The notes beneath the pieces were generated by a model. The model did not search any database, was not told the DNA's origin, and worked only from the letters and a program-made list of their open reading frames with translations. Positions 23,218 to 32,617 of a stretch of DNA of 64,000 nt are shown one piece after another. Source of the stretch: a candidate division FCPU426 bacterium (GTDB taxonomy: Bacteria > Oederibacteriota > Muellerivitia > Muellerivitales > Muellerivitaceae); the NCBI GenBank assembly GCA_027452205.1, contig DAIDGV010000015.1, positions 11,111-75,110 on the forward strand, written 5' to 3'. The position numbers and the translations under genes were made by a program. The stretch's first letter is position 1. Every line of letters begins with the position of its first letter.

Positions 23218-24567
23218 TTAGGATTGGACCGTACCGTACAGATTGGCCACCTTATGGCGGTCAATTTTCACTTTAACCATATCCCCCGTCCGATAACCAT
23301 CGCCCAAAAAGACCACCGTTCGGTTCTGTCGGCTTTTGCCATAGAACCCGCCAGGGGTCTTATCCGCCGGGCCATCCACCAGCACTTCTTCGACCTTGCC
23401 CAAACGGGTTTCACAGGCTTGAGCGGCATGTTTCCAGGCTAATTCGTTCAACCGGGCAAGGCGCTCATCCTTCACTTCTTCCGGCACTTGGTCCAGCATT
23501 CGGGCGGCCACCGTGCCGATACGGGGCGAGTATTTAAAACTATAAACCGCGTCATAACGGATCTGTTCGAGTAGGTCCATCGTGCCTTGGAAATCCTCGT
23601 CGGTCTCGCCGGGAAAACCCACGATCAGGTCCGTGGTCATGAAGAGGTCCTTGATGGAGGACCGCAGTTTTTGGACCCGCTCCAGATAATGCTCCACCGT
23701 GTATTTACGGCTCATGCGTTTCAGTATACGGTCCGACCCGCATTGAACGGGCAAATGGATGGATTCACAGACCGAAGACTCGCTGGCCATGACCTCGACC
23801 AGATCATCCGGCAAGTCCAAAGGATGGGAAGTCATGAAGCGAACACGCTCAATACCCTTCACCCGAGCCACTTCACGAAGCAATTCTGAAAAGGTAATGG
23901 TCTTGCCCCGAGACTTGAGCCCCAAGCCATAGGAATTGACGTTCTGTCCTAAAAGCATCACTTCCTTGACACCCGCTTGGGCTAGCTTTTGGGTTTCAAA
24001 CACAATATCTTCGGAGGGGCGGGATATCTCGCGGCCCCGGGTAAAAGGCACCACGCAGAAGGTGCAAAACTTATCGCAACCTTTCATGATCTCAATGAAG
24101 GCTTTGTGTGGTTGGGAAAGTCGGTTGACGTCATTCTCAGGGAAATAGATGGGATCGAAGTCCGCCAGGACCTGGCTCTTGCCGGTTTGCGACGCTTCTC
24201 GGATAACTTGGGGCACTTTTAAATATTGGTCTGGGCCAACCACCATATCCAGGTGTGGCGCCCTTTCGAGCAGTTGGTCTTTATAGCTGGTCGCCATGCA
24301 ACCCATGACCCCGACGACCCGACCCTCTTTTTGCTTTTTCCACTCGCCCAGTTGCCCTAAGCGGGAAAACACCTTGTCCTCGGCGTGGGCGCGGATAGAA
24401 CAGGTATTAAAAAGGATCACATCAGCGTCATTGATCTCGTTGGTGAAAGAAAAATGGTCTTTGACCAAAAGGCTGGAAACGTGATCCGACTCAAGCACGT
24501 TGGACTGGCAGCCGAAGGTTTCCATGAAAACCTTCTTTTCGGTTGTGGGGTTCATCGATGTTTCCAT
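23218..24567 (-). CDS. miaB: tRNA-2-methylthio-N6-dimethylallyladenosine synthase MiaB
   Basis: METFGCQSN in the N-terminal MTTase domain, a radical-SAM motif CDKFCTFCVVP, and a C-terminal TRAM domain. Confidence 0.9.
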   Translation of the reverse strand: METSMNPTTEKKVFMETFGCQSNVLESDHVSSLLVKDHFSFTNEINDADVILFNTCSIRAHAEDKVFSRLGQLGEWKKQKEGRVVGVMGCMATSYKDQLLERAPHLDMVVGPDQYLKVPQVIREASQTGKSQVLADFDPIYFPENDVNRLSQPHKAFIEIMKGCDKFCTFCVVPFTRGREISRPSEDIVFETQKLAQAGVKEVMLLGQNVNSYGLGLKSRGKTITFSELLREVARVKGIERVRFMTSHPLDLPDDLVEVMASESSVCESIHLPVQCGSDRILKRMSRKYTVEHYLERVQKLRSSIKDLFMTTDLIVGFPGETDEDFQGTMDLLEQIRYDAVYSFKYSPRIGTVAARMLDQVPEEVKDERLARLNELAWKHAAQACETRLGKVEEVLVDGPADKTPGGFYGKSRQNRTVVFLGDGYRTGDMVKVKIDRHKVANLYGTVQS

Positions 24568-24656
24568 GCGGGATAGCGGCCTTTAGAAGAATGAAGAGGG
24601 TGGATTTTAGTTTGTTTTAAGGGCGATGACAACCCGCCCCGGGGCTTCAAAGGGCC

Positions 24657-24956
24657 CTATTTGCGGGCGTTCATGATGAAAAGAGCGATGAAGAAGGCGA
24701 TAAGAAGGATCGCGCCACGGAGAAGCCAGCGCGTGCGGTTGACCGAAAATCCCTTCCGGCCAGGTTCGGGCATTTTCATGAGCCCTTCAAAACCCTGGGC
24801 TTCTTCCCAGTTAAAAACCTTGCCTTCCGAATCATAGACCACCGGCAAGCTTGCGCCACAACGTCCACAAATGTGGTTCTCCGCAACGTTAAAAGCCCCG
24901 CACTTGAAGCACTTGACGTCCTTGTTCTTCGGCGTGGGGGTCAACGGTTGTGGCAT
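24657..24956 (-). CDS. small zinc-ribbon protein with C-terminal TM anchor
   Basis: CFKCG...CGRCG zinc ribbon plus the C-terminal helix AILLIAFFIALFIM. The ATG lies 6 bp after the scpB stop. Confidence 0.45.
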   Translation of the reverse strand: MPQPLTPTPKNKDVKCFKCGAFNVAENHICGRCGASLPVVYDSEGKVFNWEEAQGFEGLMKMPEPGRKGFSVNRTRWLLRGAILLIAFFIALFIMNARK

Positions 24957-24962
24957 GGATGC

Positions 24963-25643
24963 TTAGTTGGATTGTTCGGGGGTCGGTTCAGCCGCAGGGG
25001 TCTCGGCTTCGCCCATAGGGGTCTCGGCCTGTTCCATCGGCGTCAAACCCATCTTGGTCTCACGACGACGCAACTCCCCTTCCATTTCCTTGAGGAAACC
25101 CGGCGAGGGACGGTCCCCTGCCAATTCTTGGATCTCGGAGACCTTCGGCAGGTCGGCCAGATCTTTCAAACCAAAGTGGATCAAGAACTCGGTGGTGGTT
25201 CCATAAAGCAAAGGACGACCTGGGGTTTCGGCACGGCCCAGGATACGGATCATGCGCTTTTCAAGCAGGGACTGCACGAGGTTGCTCACCTCGACCCCGC
25301 GGATCGCTTCAACTTCCGCCCGGGTAACGGGCTGTTTATAGGCGATGATGGCCAGTGCCTCTAATGAGGCTTTGGACAAGCGGGTCTTGGAAATGACTTT
25401 GTAAAGTTCTTTGGCCCAGCGGTGATATTCGGGCCGCGTGACCAATTGATAACCCTCGGCGACCTGCACCAATTGAAAGCTGCGGTCCAGTTGATTGATA
25501 TCTTCCCTCAAAGAAGCGAAGGCCTGTTCGACTTCTTCTAATGATCCATCCTTCAAGAACGCAGCGACCTTTTTGGCCGGCAGGGGCGAGTCGCTGACGA
25601 ACAGAAGGCTTTCCAGGACTTTTTTGAGCTTATCGATTTCCAT
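24963..25643 (-). CDS. scpB: segregation and condensation protein B
   Basis: ScpB winged-helix regions (LLFVSDSPL..., VTRAEVEAIRGV). Confidence 0.85.
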   Translation of the reverse strand: MEIDKLKKVLESLLFVSDSPLPAKKVAAFLKDGSLEEVEQAFASLREDINQLDRSFQLVQVAEGYQLVTRPEYHRWAKELYKVISKTRLSKASLEALAIIAYKQPVTRAEVEAIRGVEVSNLVQSLLEKRMIRILGRAETPGRPLLYGTTTEFLIHFGLKDLADLPKVSEIQELAGDRPSPGFLKEMEGELRRRETKMGLTPMEQAETPMGEAETPAAEPTPEQSN

Positions 25644-25667
25644 GAACTTCCTCTTAAATTCTAAAGA

Positions 25668-25790
25668 TCAAACCTTGAACCACAGGCTGCCTCCGGCAGC
25701 CACAGAGTACACAGAGTTTGGATTTTTACCAAAACCTTAATTCTTTGTCTCACTCTGAGCACTCTGTGTACTCTGTAGTTAGATTGTTTT
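25668..25790. repeat. 'empty' palindromic repeat unit of the CACAGAG family, exactly filling the scpA-scpB spacer
   Basis: Left arm: CAAACCTTGAACCACAG[GCTGCCTCCGGCAGC]CACAGAGTACACAGAGT. A 33-nt AT-rich loop follows. Right arm: CACTCTGAGCACTCTGTGTACTCTGTAGTTAGATTGTTTT. The right arm ends 1 nt into the scpA stop codon. Confidence 0.7.
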
Positions 25791-26641
25791 CAAATCGTTT
25801 CCGGCGAATTGGCCGGCATCTCAGCTTGCAACAAGTGAACTTCGATCTCCCCAAAGATCTTGTTCTGTACCACCCGGACCAGCTTTAGGCGCACCAACTC
25901 GAGCAAGGCCAATAAGGCCACTACCTTTTCCATCTTGGTGCGGCAAGCCGTCAAGATAGGACGGAAGACGATACGTCGGTCGCTTTGTTGCAGCAGATCC
26001 ATCAGGTCGTTGATCTTCTGGCTGACGGTGATCTCAGGACGCACCAATTCGGCGGTGACATCCTCTTGGGTATGGATGAGCACGTCCTTGAAGGCCGCCA
26101 AGAGACCGAACAAAGTGACCTCTTCCAAATGTTCCTCTTCACCCACTTCTTTCATGTCACTCGGCACGTTACGGGGGAAAAGATGGGCCCGACCCTTTTC
26201 CATCTCTTGCAACTGGTCGGCGGCATCCTTGAACTTCTTATATTCAACCAGTCGGCGCATCAACTCCAACCGCGGGTCCTCTTCCGGCTCGTCAGGCGAA
26301 GGATCGATGGGCAGCAACATGCGGCTCTTGATCTGCATCAGGGTAGCCGCCATCACCAAAAAGTCCCCGGCGATCTCCAGGTTCAGGGACCGCATGACCT
26401 CGAGATAATCGAGGTATTCCCGGGTGATCTTGGAGATATGGATGTCGTAGATGTCCAGCTCATGCTCCCGGATGAGGTGGAGCAAAAGGTCCATTGGTCC
26501 GTCAAAGAGCGGGATGGTGATCTGGTAGGTCGGACGCGAGTCTTCCTGGTTGATGATCTCACGGATCATTACCGTAGCCACGTCCTTGGACAGAGCGACG
26601 CTAACGGGTTCGGTCGGGGTTTCGGGTGTTTGATCGGTCAT
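25790..26641 (-). CDS. scpA: segregation and condensation protein A
   Basis: ScpA family similarity across 283 aa. It lies adjacent to and upstream of scpB. Confidence 0.85.
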   Translation of the reverse strand: MTDQTPETPTEPVSVALSKDVATVMIREIINQEDSRPTYQITIPLFDGPMDLLLHLIREHELDIYDIHISKITREYLDYLEVMRSLNLEIAGDFLVMAATLMQIKSRMLLPIDPSPDEPEEDPRLELMRRLVEYKKFKDAADQLQEMEKGRAHLFPRNVPSDMKEVGEEEHLEEVTLFGLLAAFKDVLIHTQEDVTAELVRPEITVSQKINDLMDLLQQSDRRIVFRPILTACRTKMEKVVALLALLELVRLKLVRVVQNKIFGEIEVHLLQAEMPANSPETI

Positions 26642-26645
26642 GAAC

Positions 26646-27668
26646 TTAGTCGAGAAGCCTTTTTTTGATCTGGGAGGACGGGATGCCGACGGCCTCGTAA
26701 ACCTGTTCCATGGTAGGGGCGACGATCTTCCTTACTTTCTTGGCACCTTCGATGAGCACATCTTCCACCAGTTCCGGCTTTTCATCCATCTTTTTCCGTT
26801 TTTCGCGCCGTTCCCCGCCGAAAGTTTCCTCTAATTTTGCCAATAAAAGTTTCTTGGCGTCGCCATAACCCATGCCACCCTGACGGAAAGCGTTGTCCAT
26901 GACCTGGAATTCGGCTTCAGTGGCCAACAATTTATAGAGCTGGCAAATAATACTATTATCCGGGTCTTTCGGTTCGGCCACGCCTTTGGAGTCCGTCACG
27001 ATACCCATGACCTTTTTCTTGATCTCGGAGGGCTCCCCGAAGATAGGGATGACACTGGCTTCATCGCTCTTGCTCATCTTGCCGCCGGTCAAGCCCATCA
27101 CCTTGGGGGCTGTTCCCAGAACGCCCTCGGGCAATTTGAAAACGTCCTTCTTGAAGGTGTGGTTGAAATAGCCAGCCATGTCCCGGCACATTTCGATATG
27201 TTGGATCTGGTCCTGCCCCACCGGCACCTTGTCACTTTGGTAAATGAGGATATCCGCCGCCATCAAAGTTGGGTAATAGAACAATCCCAAGGTAGGCGCG
27301 ATACCCTTGGCCACTTTGTCTTTATAAGAGTGGGCCCGTTCCATCAATCCCATGCCAGTCACGGTGCTGAGAATCCAAGAAAGTTCGGTCACTTCGGGCA
27401 CATCGCTTTGACGGAACAAGAGGGCTTTTTGCGGGTCAAGCCCTAAGGCCAAGTAGTCCGCCGCGGCGTCAAAGGTATATTTCGCCAAAAGTCTGGCATC
27501 TTGAAGGGTCGTGAGGGAATGATAATTGGCAACGAAATAGAGGCACTCTCCCTGGTCTTGGAGCCGGATGTGGTTCTGGATCGCGCCAAAGTAGTTGCCC
27601 AAATGCAAACGACCGCTGGGCTGGACACCGGATAAATAACGAACGGGCTTTTGGGGTTCGGGTGACAT
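26646..27668 (-). CDS. trpS: tryptophan--tRNA ligase (start re-placed at ATG 27668; ORF track extends to 27758)
   Basis: The N-terminus MSPEPQKPVRYLSGVQPSGRLHLGNY carries the class I HIGH-like motif, and KMSKS is present. Confidence 0.9.
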   Translation of the reverse strand: MSPEPQKPVRYLSGVQPSGRLHLGNYFGAIQNHIRLQDQGECLYFVANYHSLTTLQDARLLAKYTFDAAADYLALGLDPQKALLFRQSDVPEVTELSWILSTVTGMGLMERAHSYKDKVAKGIAPTLGLFYYPTLMAADILIYQSDKVPVGQDQIQHIEMCRDMAGYFNHTFKKDVFKLPEGVLGTAPKVMGLTGGKMSKSDEASVIPIFGEPSEIKKKVMGIVTDSKGVAEPKDPDNSIICQLYKLLATEAEFQVMDNAFRQGGMGYGDAKKLLLAKLEETFGGERREKRKKMDEKPELVEDVLIEGAKKVRKIVAPTMEQVYEAVGIPSSQIKKRLLD

Positions 27669-27676
27669 AGGACCTC

Positions 27677-28327
27677 TTATAACCAGCGCAATAAGATGAA
27701 GATACCGAACAAGATAAGGAATCCGTAAGGGTCCAACCGCGAGACCTGATAGGACCACTTGGGCGGCAGGATAGCCTTCAAGACCCAGGACCCATCCAAG
27801 GGATAGAGCGGAATCAGGTTAAAGACCGCCAGGACCACGTTGAGCCACACGAAGAACTGAAGGAACTGCATGACCACATCGATCATGACCTCATCCAAGG
27901 AAAAGTAATTCGACCCTTGAAAGACCAGGATGGCGATGAAGGAAACGATCGCCAGGATCAGGTTCATTATCGGGCCCGCCAAAGCGACCAGCGCGCCGTC
28001 CCGGCGGGGATGCTTGAAGTTCTGCGTCGTAATAGGCACCGGCTTGGCCCAGCCGAACAAAAAGGAACCCGGGGCCATGAACATAATGAAGGGAAACAAC
28101 AAAGTGCCGATCAGATCCACATGGGGCCGGGGGTCCATGGTCAAACGGCCCAGCATTCGGGGCGTGGGGTCGCCCAAGCGGGTGGCGGCTAAAGCGTGGC
28201 CGTATTCATGGAAACAAAGGGAGAACACCAACACTCCCAATTCCATCAAAGCCATAGCTATCTTGGATTCGATCATTGCGTTTACTTTCGTTGGATTCGG
28301 CGGGACAAAGGCCCAAAAGAGGCACAA
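27677..28327 (-). CDS. site-2 protease (M50) family zinc metalloprotease, membrane
   Basis: HEYGHAL (HExxH) within a TM helix and multiple hydrophobic helices. The start is uncertain; an alternative Met lies at ~28277. Confidence 0.6.
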   Translation of the reverse strand: MCLFWAFVPPNPTKVNAMIESKIAMALMELGVLVFSLCFHEYGHALAATRLGDPTPRMLGRLTMDPRPHVDLIGTLLFPFIMFMAPGSFLFGWAKPVPITTQNFKHPRRDGALVALAGPIMNLILAIVSFIAILVFQGSNYFSLDEVMIDVVMQFLQFFVWLNVVLAVFNLIPLYPLDGSWVLKAILPPKWSYQVSRLDPYGFLILFGIFILLRWL

Positions 28328-28356
28328 CTTTAGCCGATTCGCCGGGTTCCTTCAAC

Positions 28357-29667
28357 CTATCCGGCTGGCGCGAAAGCCTGCTTGACCCATTGGATCACTT
28401 CTTTTCGGGACTTAAAACGCCCGTCCAATTGGCCGTTCAAGGCCTCCAACAGGATATAGGAATAACGGAAACCCGGTGGAATACCGAATTCTTTCAGGTC
28501 CCTTCCCCGTAGCCAGGGTTTGAGATTCTTCATTTTCAGGAAATAATCGGTCATCTTCTTTCGCACAGCCTTGGGCGCGGCGGCCAATAAAAAACATTGG
28601 ACCTCAGGATGCAAAGGCGAAAGCAAGCGATAGATCCGGCTGGGCGTGGTCTTTTTCGAGGCGATCTCTTTTAAAAGCGCGGGATAAGCCTTGGCGTGTT
28701 GAACAACGATCTTTTGCTCGTCCCGGGACAGCATCAAACGCTTGGCCAGGGCCTCTGCCTGAACAGGAGTAGGCGTTAGCAGCATGGCTTGGAACCAAAC
28801 CATTCCAGGCGAATCCAGATGTATCTTGTGATCATGAAAGAAGCCAAGGGCTTTGGTGATCTCGGGCAATAACCGGCGCTTCGAAGCGGAAAGACCCAAC
28901 GCGGGATGGACCATAGGTAAGACTCCTAACTTTCCCAGCCGGGCAATCGCCCTTTCGGGATGTTCTTCTTTGAAAATAAGCAAAAATTCGTTCCGGAGTC
29001 TTTCCCCGGAAACGGTGTTCATGGACTTTTGACCGATAGAGTCTATCAGCCATTTTTGTGTTTCGGCCTCGATGCGCTTATTAAATCTTTGCTCGAACCG
29101 TACCGCGCGAAAAACCCTTGTCGGATCGTCCACAAAACTCAAAGGATGAAGGGCTTTTACCCTCCCCTTCTTAAGGTCATTCAAGCCCTGATAGGGGTCC
29201 AAAAGCAAGAGAAAGGACTTGGGCGAAAGGTCTAAAGCCATGGCGTTGATCGTGAAATCCCGGCGGAAAAGGTCCTGGTTAATACCGCTCTTCTCTACAT
29301 CCGGCAGGGCGCCGGGCTGGGCATAGGTCTCGGTGCGGGCGGTGGCGATATCCAACTTGCCAAAACCCGAAATGATGACGATAGAGGTACCAAAACGGGT
29401 GAAAGCTTCGACCTTGGAACCGGTCTTGGCCGCCAGGGCTTGGGCAAAGGCCAGACCATCTCCCTCGATAGTGATGTCGATGTCAGGGCTGGTCTTTTTC
29501 AGGAAGAGGTCGCGAACAAAGCCTCCCACCGCATAGGCCTTCTCATTCCGGGACTCGGCCAAATAGCCGATCTGCCGAAAGAGTTTGAGCGTTTTGGGTG
29601 GAATAGCGAATGAATATTTTTTCATCTCAGACATTAAAAACCCCATCAACCGAAAAGGCATTCTCAA
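28357..29667 (-). CDS. cca: CCA-adding tRNA nucleotidyltransferase / poly(A) polymerase family protein
   Basis: Pol-beta-type head motif GGFVRDLFL...DIDI. Confidence 0.7.
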   Translation of the reverse strand: MRMPFRLMGFLMSEMKKYSFAIPPKTLKLFRQIGYLAESRNEKAYAVGGFVRDLFLKKTSPDIDITIEGDGLAFAQALAAKTGSKVEAFTRFGTSIVIISGFGKLDIATARTETYAQPGALPDVEKSGINQDLFRRDFTINAMALDLSPKSFLLLLDPYQGLNDLKKGRVKALHPLSFVDDPTRVFRAVRFEQRFNKRIEAETQKWLIDSIGQKSMNTVSGERLRNEFLLIFKEEHPERAIARLGKLGVLPMVHPALGLSASKRRLLPEITKALGFFHDHKIHLDSPGMVWFQAMLLTPTPVQAEALAKRLMLSRDEQKIVVQHAKAYPALLKEIASKKTTPSRIYRLLSPLHPEVQCFLLAAAPKAVRKKMTDYFLKMKNLKPWLRGRDLKEFGIPPGFRYSYILLEALNGQLDGRFKSRKEVIQWVKQAFAPAG

Positions 29668-30022
29668 AATGATGAACCTTCAGGAATCCCAAGAAATTCT
29701 TATCTGGGCCCACCGCGATGATGTCGAACCGGCAAGTGTTATAGGGTTGTTCATAGTTGGATAAAAAGACCGCCGCGGCCGCCGAAACCCTTTTCACCTT
29801 TTGAGGCGAGACTGCTTCAATAGGTGTGCCGTGAGAATCATCCTTACGGGCCTTCACCTCAATGAAGACCAGGGTCTCCCTCTTTCGGGCGATCAGGTCG
29901 ATCTCACCCTGGGGCACCCGGTAATTTCGCTCCAGAACTTGATAACCCCGCAGGCGCAGGTAAGCTGCCGCGCGGCGTTCCCCCATTTGACCTTTTTGAT
30001 AGGCACTGAGACTTTTTTTCAT
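29627..30022 (-). CDS. yraN: YraN-family (UPF0102) endonuclease
   Basis: GERRAAAYLRLRGYQVLERNYR..GEIDLIARKRETLVFIEVKAR, the family-typical PD-(D/E)xK core. Confidence 0.75.
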   Translation of the reverse strand: MKKSLSAYQKGQMGERRAAAYLRLRGYQVLERNYRVPQGEIDLIARKRETLVFIEVKARKDDSHGTPIEAVSPQKVKRVSAAAAVFLSNYEQPYNTCRFDIIAVGPDKNFLGFLKVHHFENAFSVDGVFNV

Positions 30023-30045
30023 TGGGGGGTCACCAACAAAATAAA

Positions 30046-32031
30046 TTACTCATCGCCGAAACCTTTCCTACCTTCTGGAACGTTCCGTGAAAAGGGCACA
30101 TATTTATTCTGGATCAAATAGTGGAAAAGGATCTCCGCGATCAATCGGTTGCCATAGAGACTATAGTGCGCCGCATTCGCCGGATAATAAACAACCTTTA
30201 ATGCGTTATAGGTATCCGAAAAGTCCACGAAAGGTAAATGATAGTAATCACCCAGGGCCTTCCAAAAGGTCACACAACATTCGTTCGGAAACAAGTCGGT
30301 CGGGACATAGTAGAGCAAGAATTGAGGCGCCTTTCCCGAGGAAGTCCTTATTTTTTTCAGTTTGGCATTCATCATATCCAGCCTTTGGCCGGTCAATTGG
30401 ATCAAGTCCTTCTCGATCTGCGCGTCGCCTGTGCAAAAAAGGCTCCACAACCCGTCGCCTGGGGAGTCTTGTTTCTCGGACACGGGTATCTTGAGGGCTT
30501 TACAGCGTTTTAAAAGGTCCGATGCGGGTCCGGTTGTGGCCCTTTGAGACAATGGTTTCAACAGATAATCCTGGTTGATCGTGCGGGAAGGGATGCCTTC
30601 CGATGTCAAGGGCTTATCATAATAGTCCTGGTAACCACTTCCTTCGGTCATACCAATGACTAGGTCAATATCGTACTTTTTGACGAAATCCGGTATGTCC
30701 TCATAAACCCAGGAACTTAGCGATTTTCCCCGACGTGAAAAATTGAGCACTTCATAGTGGAGCTTGTTGTCCTGAAACGAGGCCTCCAGGTTCAACTTGA
30801 ATTCCAACTGTTTACAGAATGTCTTCTGCATTGTGTTCCCTCCGGGGACTAGGTCCTCATCCAAGTGCTTTGCCGGATCGTCTGGGATGGGATAGACCAC
30901 GCAATTACGGGACCCGCCAATGGCCAAGATTCGGAAAGTGTTCTTGGGTTTCTTCACGGGATAATCGAAATCCATGTCGAATACATTCTCGACATGAAGG
31001 TCCCGTACGCTATCGATCTGTTGGTTGGAAACGATAAAGAACTTACGGGTATCTGCGGATGCTGTAGCAAACCCAGCTTTGGGGCCAAAACTAGGTTGGA
31101 TAAAAGACATCCCGTGATCCTGGTTGTCGAACGGGGTCCCCCATGGAGTGATGAAATGGACCTGCCGGGAAGGATTTCCGACCTCGACCAACGAACCCGT
31201 CTTATCAATACAGTAAAGCTTATCTCCCGTAACCGCTAAGGAGAGGACCGAGCTGACCGTCCCCAAAAGGGAAAAAGACCCTTTTCCGATCGGGCTTGAG
31301 GCTGGCGTCACCCACTCAAGGATAGAACCAAGGTCCCTGTCCGCCAAACATAGATTCCCATGAAGAACTGCCAGCTCCTTGGGATGAGGCATGTTAGCGT
31401 TATTTTGCAATACCACCGACAGAAGATTGCTTCTCAGGTCGAATCTTTCGACCTTACCATTGTCCGGCTCGGCTAGATAAAGGCTGTCATCCGTTGGAAT
31501 GTAGACCATGTCGGATACGCCGCCCACTTTGGTCAAAGTAGATACTTTGCCACCCTTGAGATCGACCATACGTATGGCCATGGATTTGTCGTCATAGACC
31601 ACAAGTCGGGTTGGTGATAATAAAGTCAAGAGCACTGGGTATTCAAAGGTCGCTAGGCTGACAGGTCCATCCTGGGTACCCGCGATATCGTTACCCGCGA
31701 TGGTCTCCACCCGGTTCATTTCATCCAATCGGACCACGCGGATCCGGTGATTGCCCGAATCGGCAACATAAAGAGATTCATTCTCTTCGTCATAGGCCAG
31801 GCCCTGGGGATCATGAAAACGGGCCCGATCGAAAGCTCCATCGGCGAACCCCGAACTGACCCCACCCGCCACAAAAGTTTGGTAAAAATCCATCGGTGCC
31901 TGGGCGTTTGCCATTCCCGAGAAGGGTCCATAGGCGGCACAAAAGGTCATCCAGATCATGGTTAGCCTGAAGGCTATCCGTTTTTTCATGTCATTCACCT
32001 TGGATTTAGACTGGGGGCTAGGCCGGCTCAC
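30046..32031 (-). CDS. secreted NHL-repeat protein with C-terminal SGNH-like domain (paralogue of 8843..10840); true start probably Met-15 (~31989)
   Basis: Signal peptide MKKRIAFRLTMIWMTFCAAYG, NHL repeats (LYVADSGNHRIRVV), FRILAIGGSRN, and a C-terminus ...NAAHYSLYGNRLIAEIL. The paralogue at 8843..10840 has the same architecture. Confidence 0.55.
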   Translation of the reverse strand: MSRPSPQSKSKVNDMKKRIAFRLTMIWMTFCAAYGPFSGMANAQAPMDFYQTFVAGGVSSGFADGAFDRARFHDPQGLAYDEENESLYVADSGNHRIRVVRLDEMNRVETIAGNDIAGTQDGPVSLATFEYPVLLTLLSPTRLVVYDDKSMAIRMVDLKGGKVSTLTKVGGVSDMVYIPTDDSLYLAEPDNGKVERFDLRSNLLSVVLQNNANMPHPKELAVLHGNLCLADRDLGSILEWVTPASSPIGKGSFSLLGTVSSVLSLAVTGDKLYCIDKTGSLVEVGNPSRQVHFITPWGTPFDNQDHGMSFIQPSFGPKAGFATASADTRKFFIVSNQQIDSVRDLHVENVFDMDFDYPVKKPKNTFRILAIGGSRNCVVYPIPDDPAKHLDEDLVPGGNTMQKTFCKQLEFKLNLEASFQDNKLHYEVLNFSRRGKSLSSWVYEDIPDFVKKYDIDLVIGMTEGSGYQDYYDKPLTSEGIPSRTINQDYLLKPLSQRATTGPASDLLKRCKALKIPVSEKQDSPGDGLWSLFCTGDAQIEKDLIQLTGQRLDMMNAKLKKIRTSSGKAPQFLLYYVPTDLFPNECCVTFWKALGDYYHLPFVDFSDTYNALKVVYYPANAAHYSLYGNRLIAEILFHYLIQNKYVPFSRNVPEGRKGFGDE

Positions 32032-32489
32032 TGCTGATCGGTGATCGAAATGGGGACCTTATCAAACTCGTCCTCAGCCTCATCCCAGACCTTCAGGACG
32101 AAACTGTCCTTCACATCATCCACCGTCCCAGACCATACCTTGCCCGGCGAGGTGGCTTCAAGGACTTCCATACCAAAGGCCGTGTTACGTACAGGGTCTA
32201 GAACAACCGTTTTACCGGTGGTCACGTCCTTGATGGCAAACTTGAGCTTGTGGATCTCATAGCTACGGTTCGAAAATTGGAGGCCGATAACATAAGGAGG
32301 TTGGCTGTTCCAGCCAAAACGAAAGACCACATCGGCAAAATGCTGCTTATCATCGTCCGGAACGGAATAAAAGACTGAAACTGTCTGGAATTTTTTCGAC
32401 AGATCATCCCCAGCTTGGTCCTGAGCCAGTAAGGGAACAGAGAGTGACCATAAGACACAAAGAATATAGCCCCACATTTCATTCTTCAT
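32028..32489 (-). CDS. small secreted protein, hypothetical; upstream of and abutting the NHL-SGNH paralogue
   Basis: Signal peptide MKNEMWGYILCVLWSLSVPLLAQ. It overlaps the downstream ORF by 4 nt (or lies 39 nt from its alternative start). Confidence 0.45.
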   Translation of the reverse strand: MKNEMWGYILCVLWSLSVPLLAQDQAGDDLSKKFQTVSVFYSVPDDDKQHFADVVFRFGWNSQPPYVIGLQFSNRSYEIHKLKFAIKDVTTGKTVVLDPVRNTAFGMEVLEATSPGKVWSGTVDDVKDSFVLKVWDEAEDEFDKVPISITDQQ

Positions 32490-32617
32490 ACTTTCAACCT
32501 CATCCGGCGAATAAATCCACGTTAAATTCTAACCTTTTTTCGTTCTTTAAACCATTTTCCATTGGCATTGGGAGAACAAAACAAGACACTCGGGCCCATT
32601 CAGGCACCGATCCCGCT

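Noticed and set aside
26646-27758. N-terminal extensions suggested by the ORF track for trpS, tyrS, rpsP, recO and the Ycf48-like gene
   Set aside because: The track extends ORFs to the most upstream ATG/GTG/TTG. Conserved N-termini (HIGH regions, lipoprotein signal MKRLLLLFLMALPLAGC, S16 VALKIRL with GGAGG SD, RecO OB-fold start) indicate later starts. The extensions would overlap upstream genes.
29627-29667. 41-bp overlap between yraN and the cca-family gene as evidence of a frameshift
   Set aside because: The cca ORF-track start is an upstream Met. A later Met (MKKYSF...) removes most of the overlap, and both reading frames are intact.
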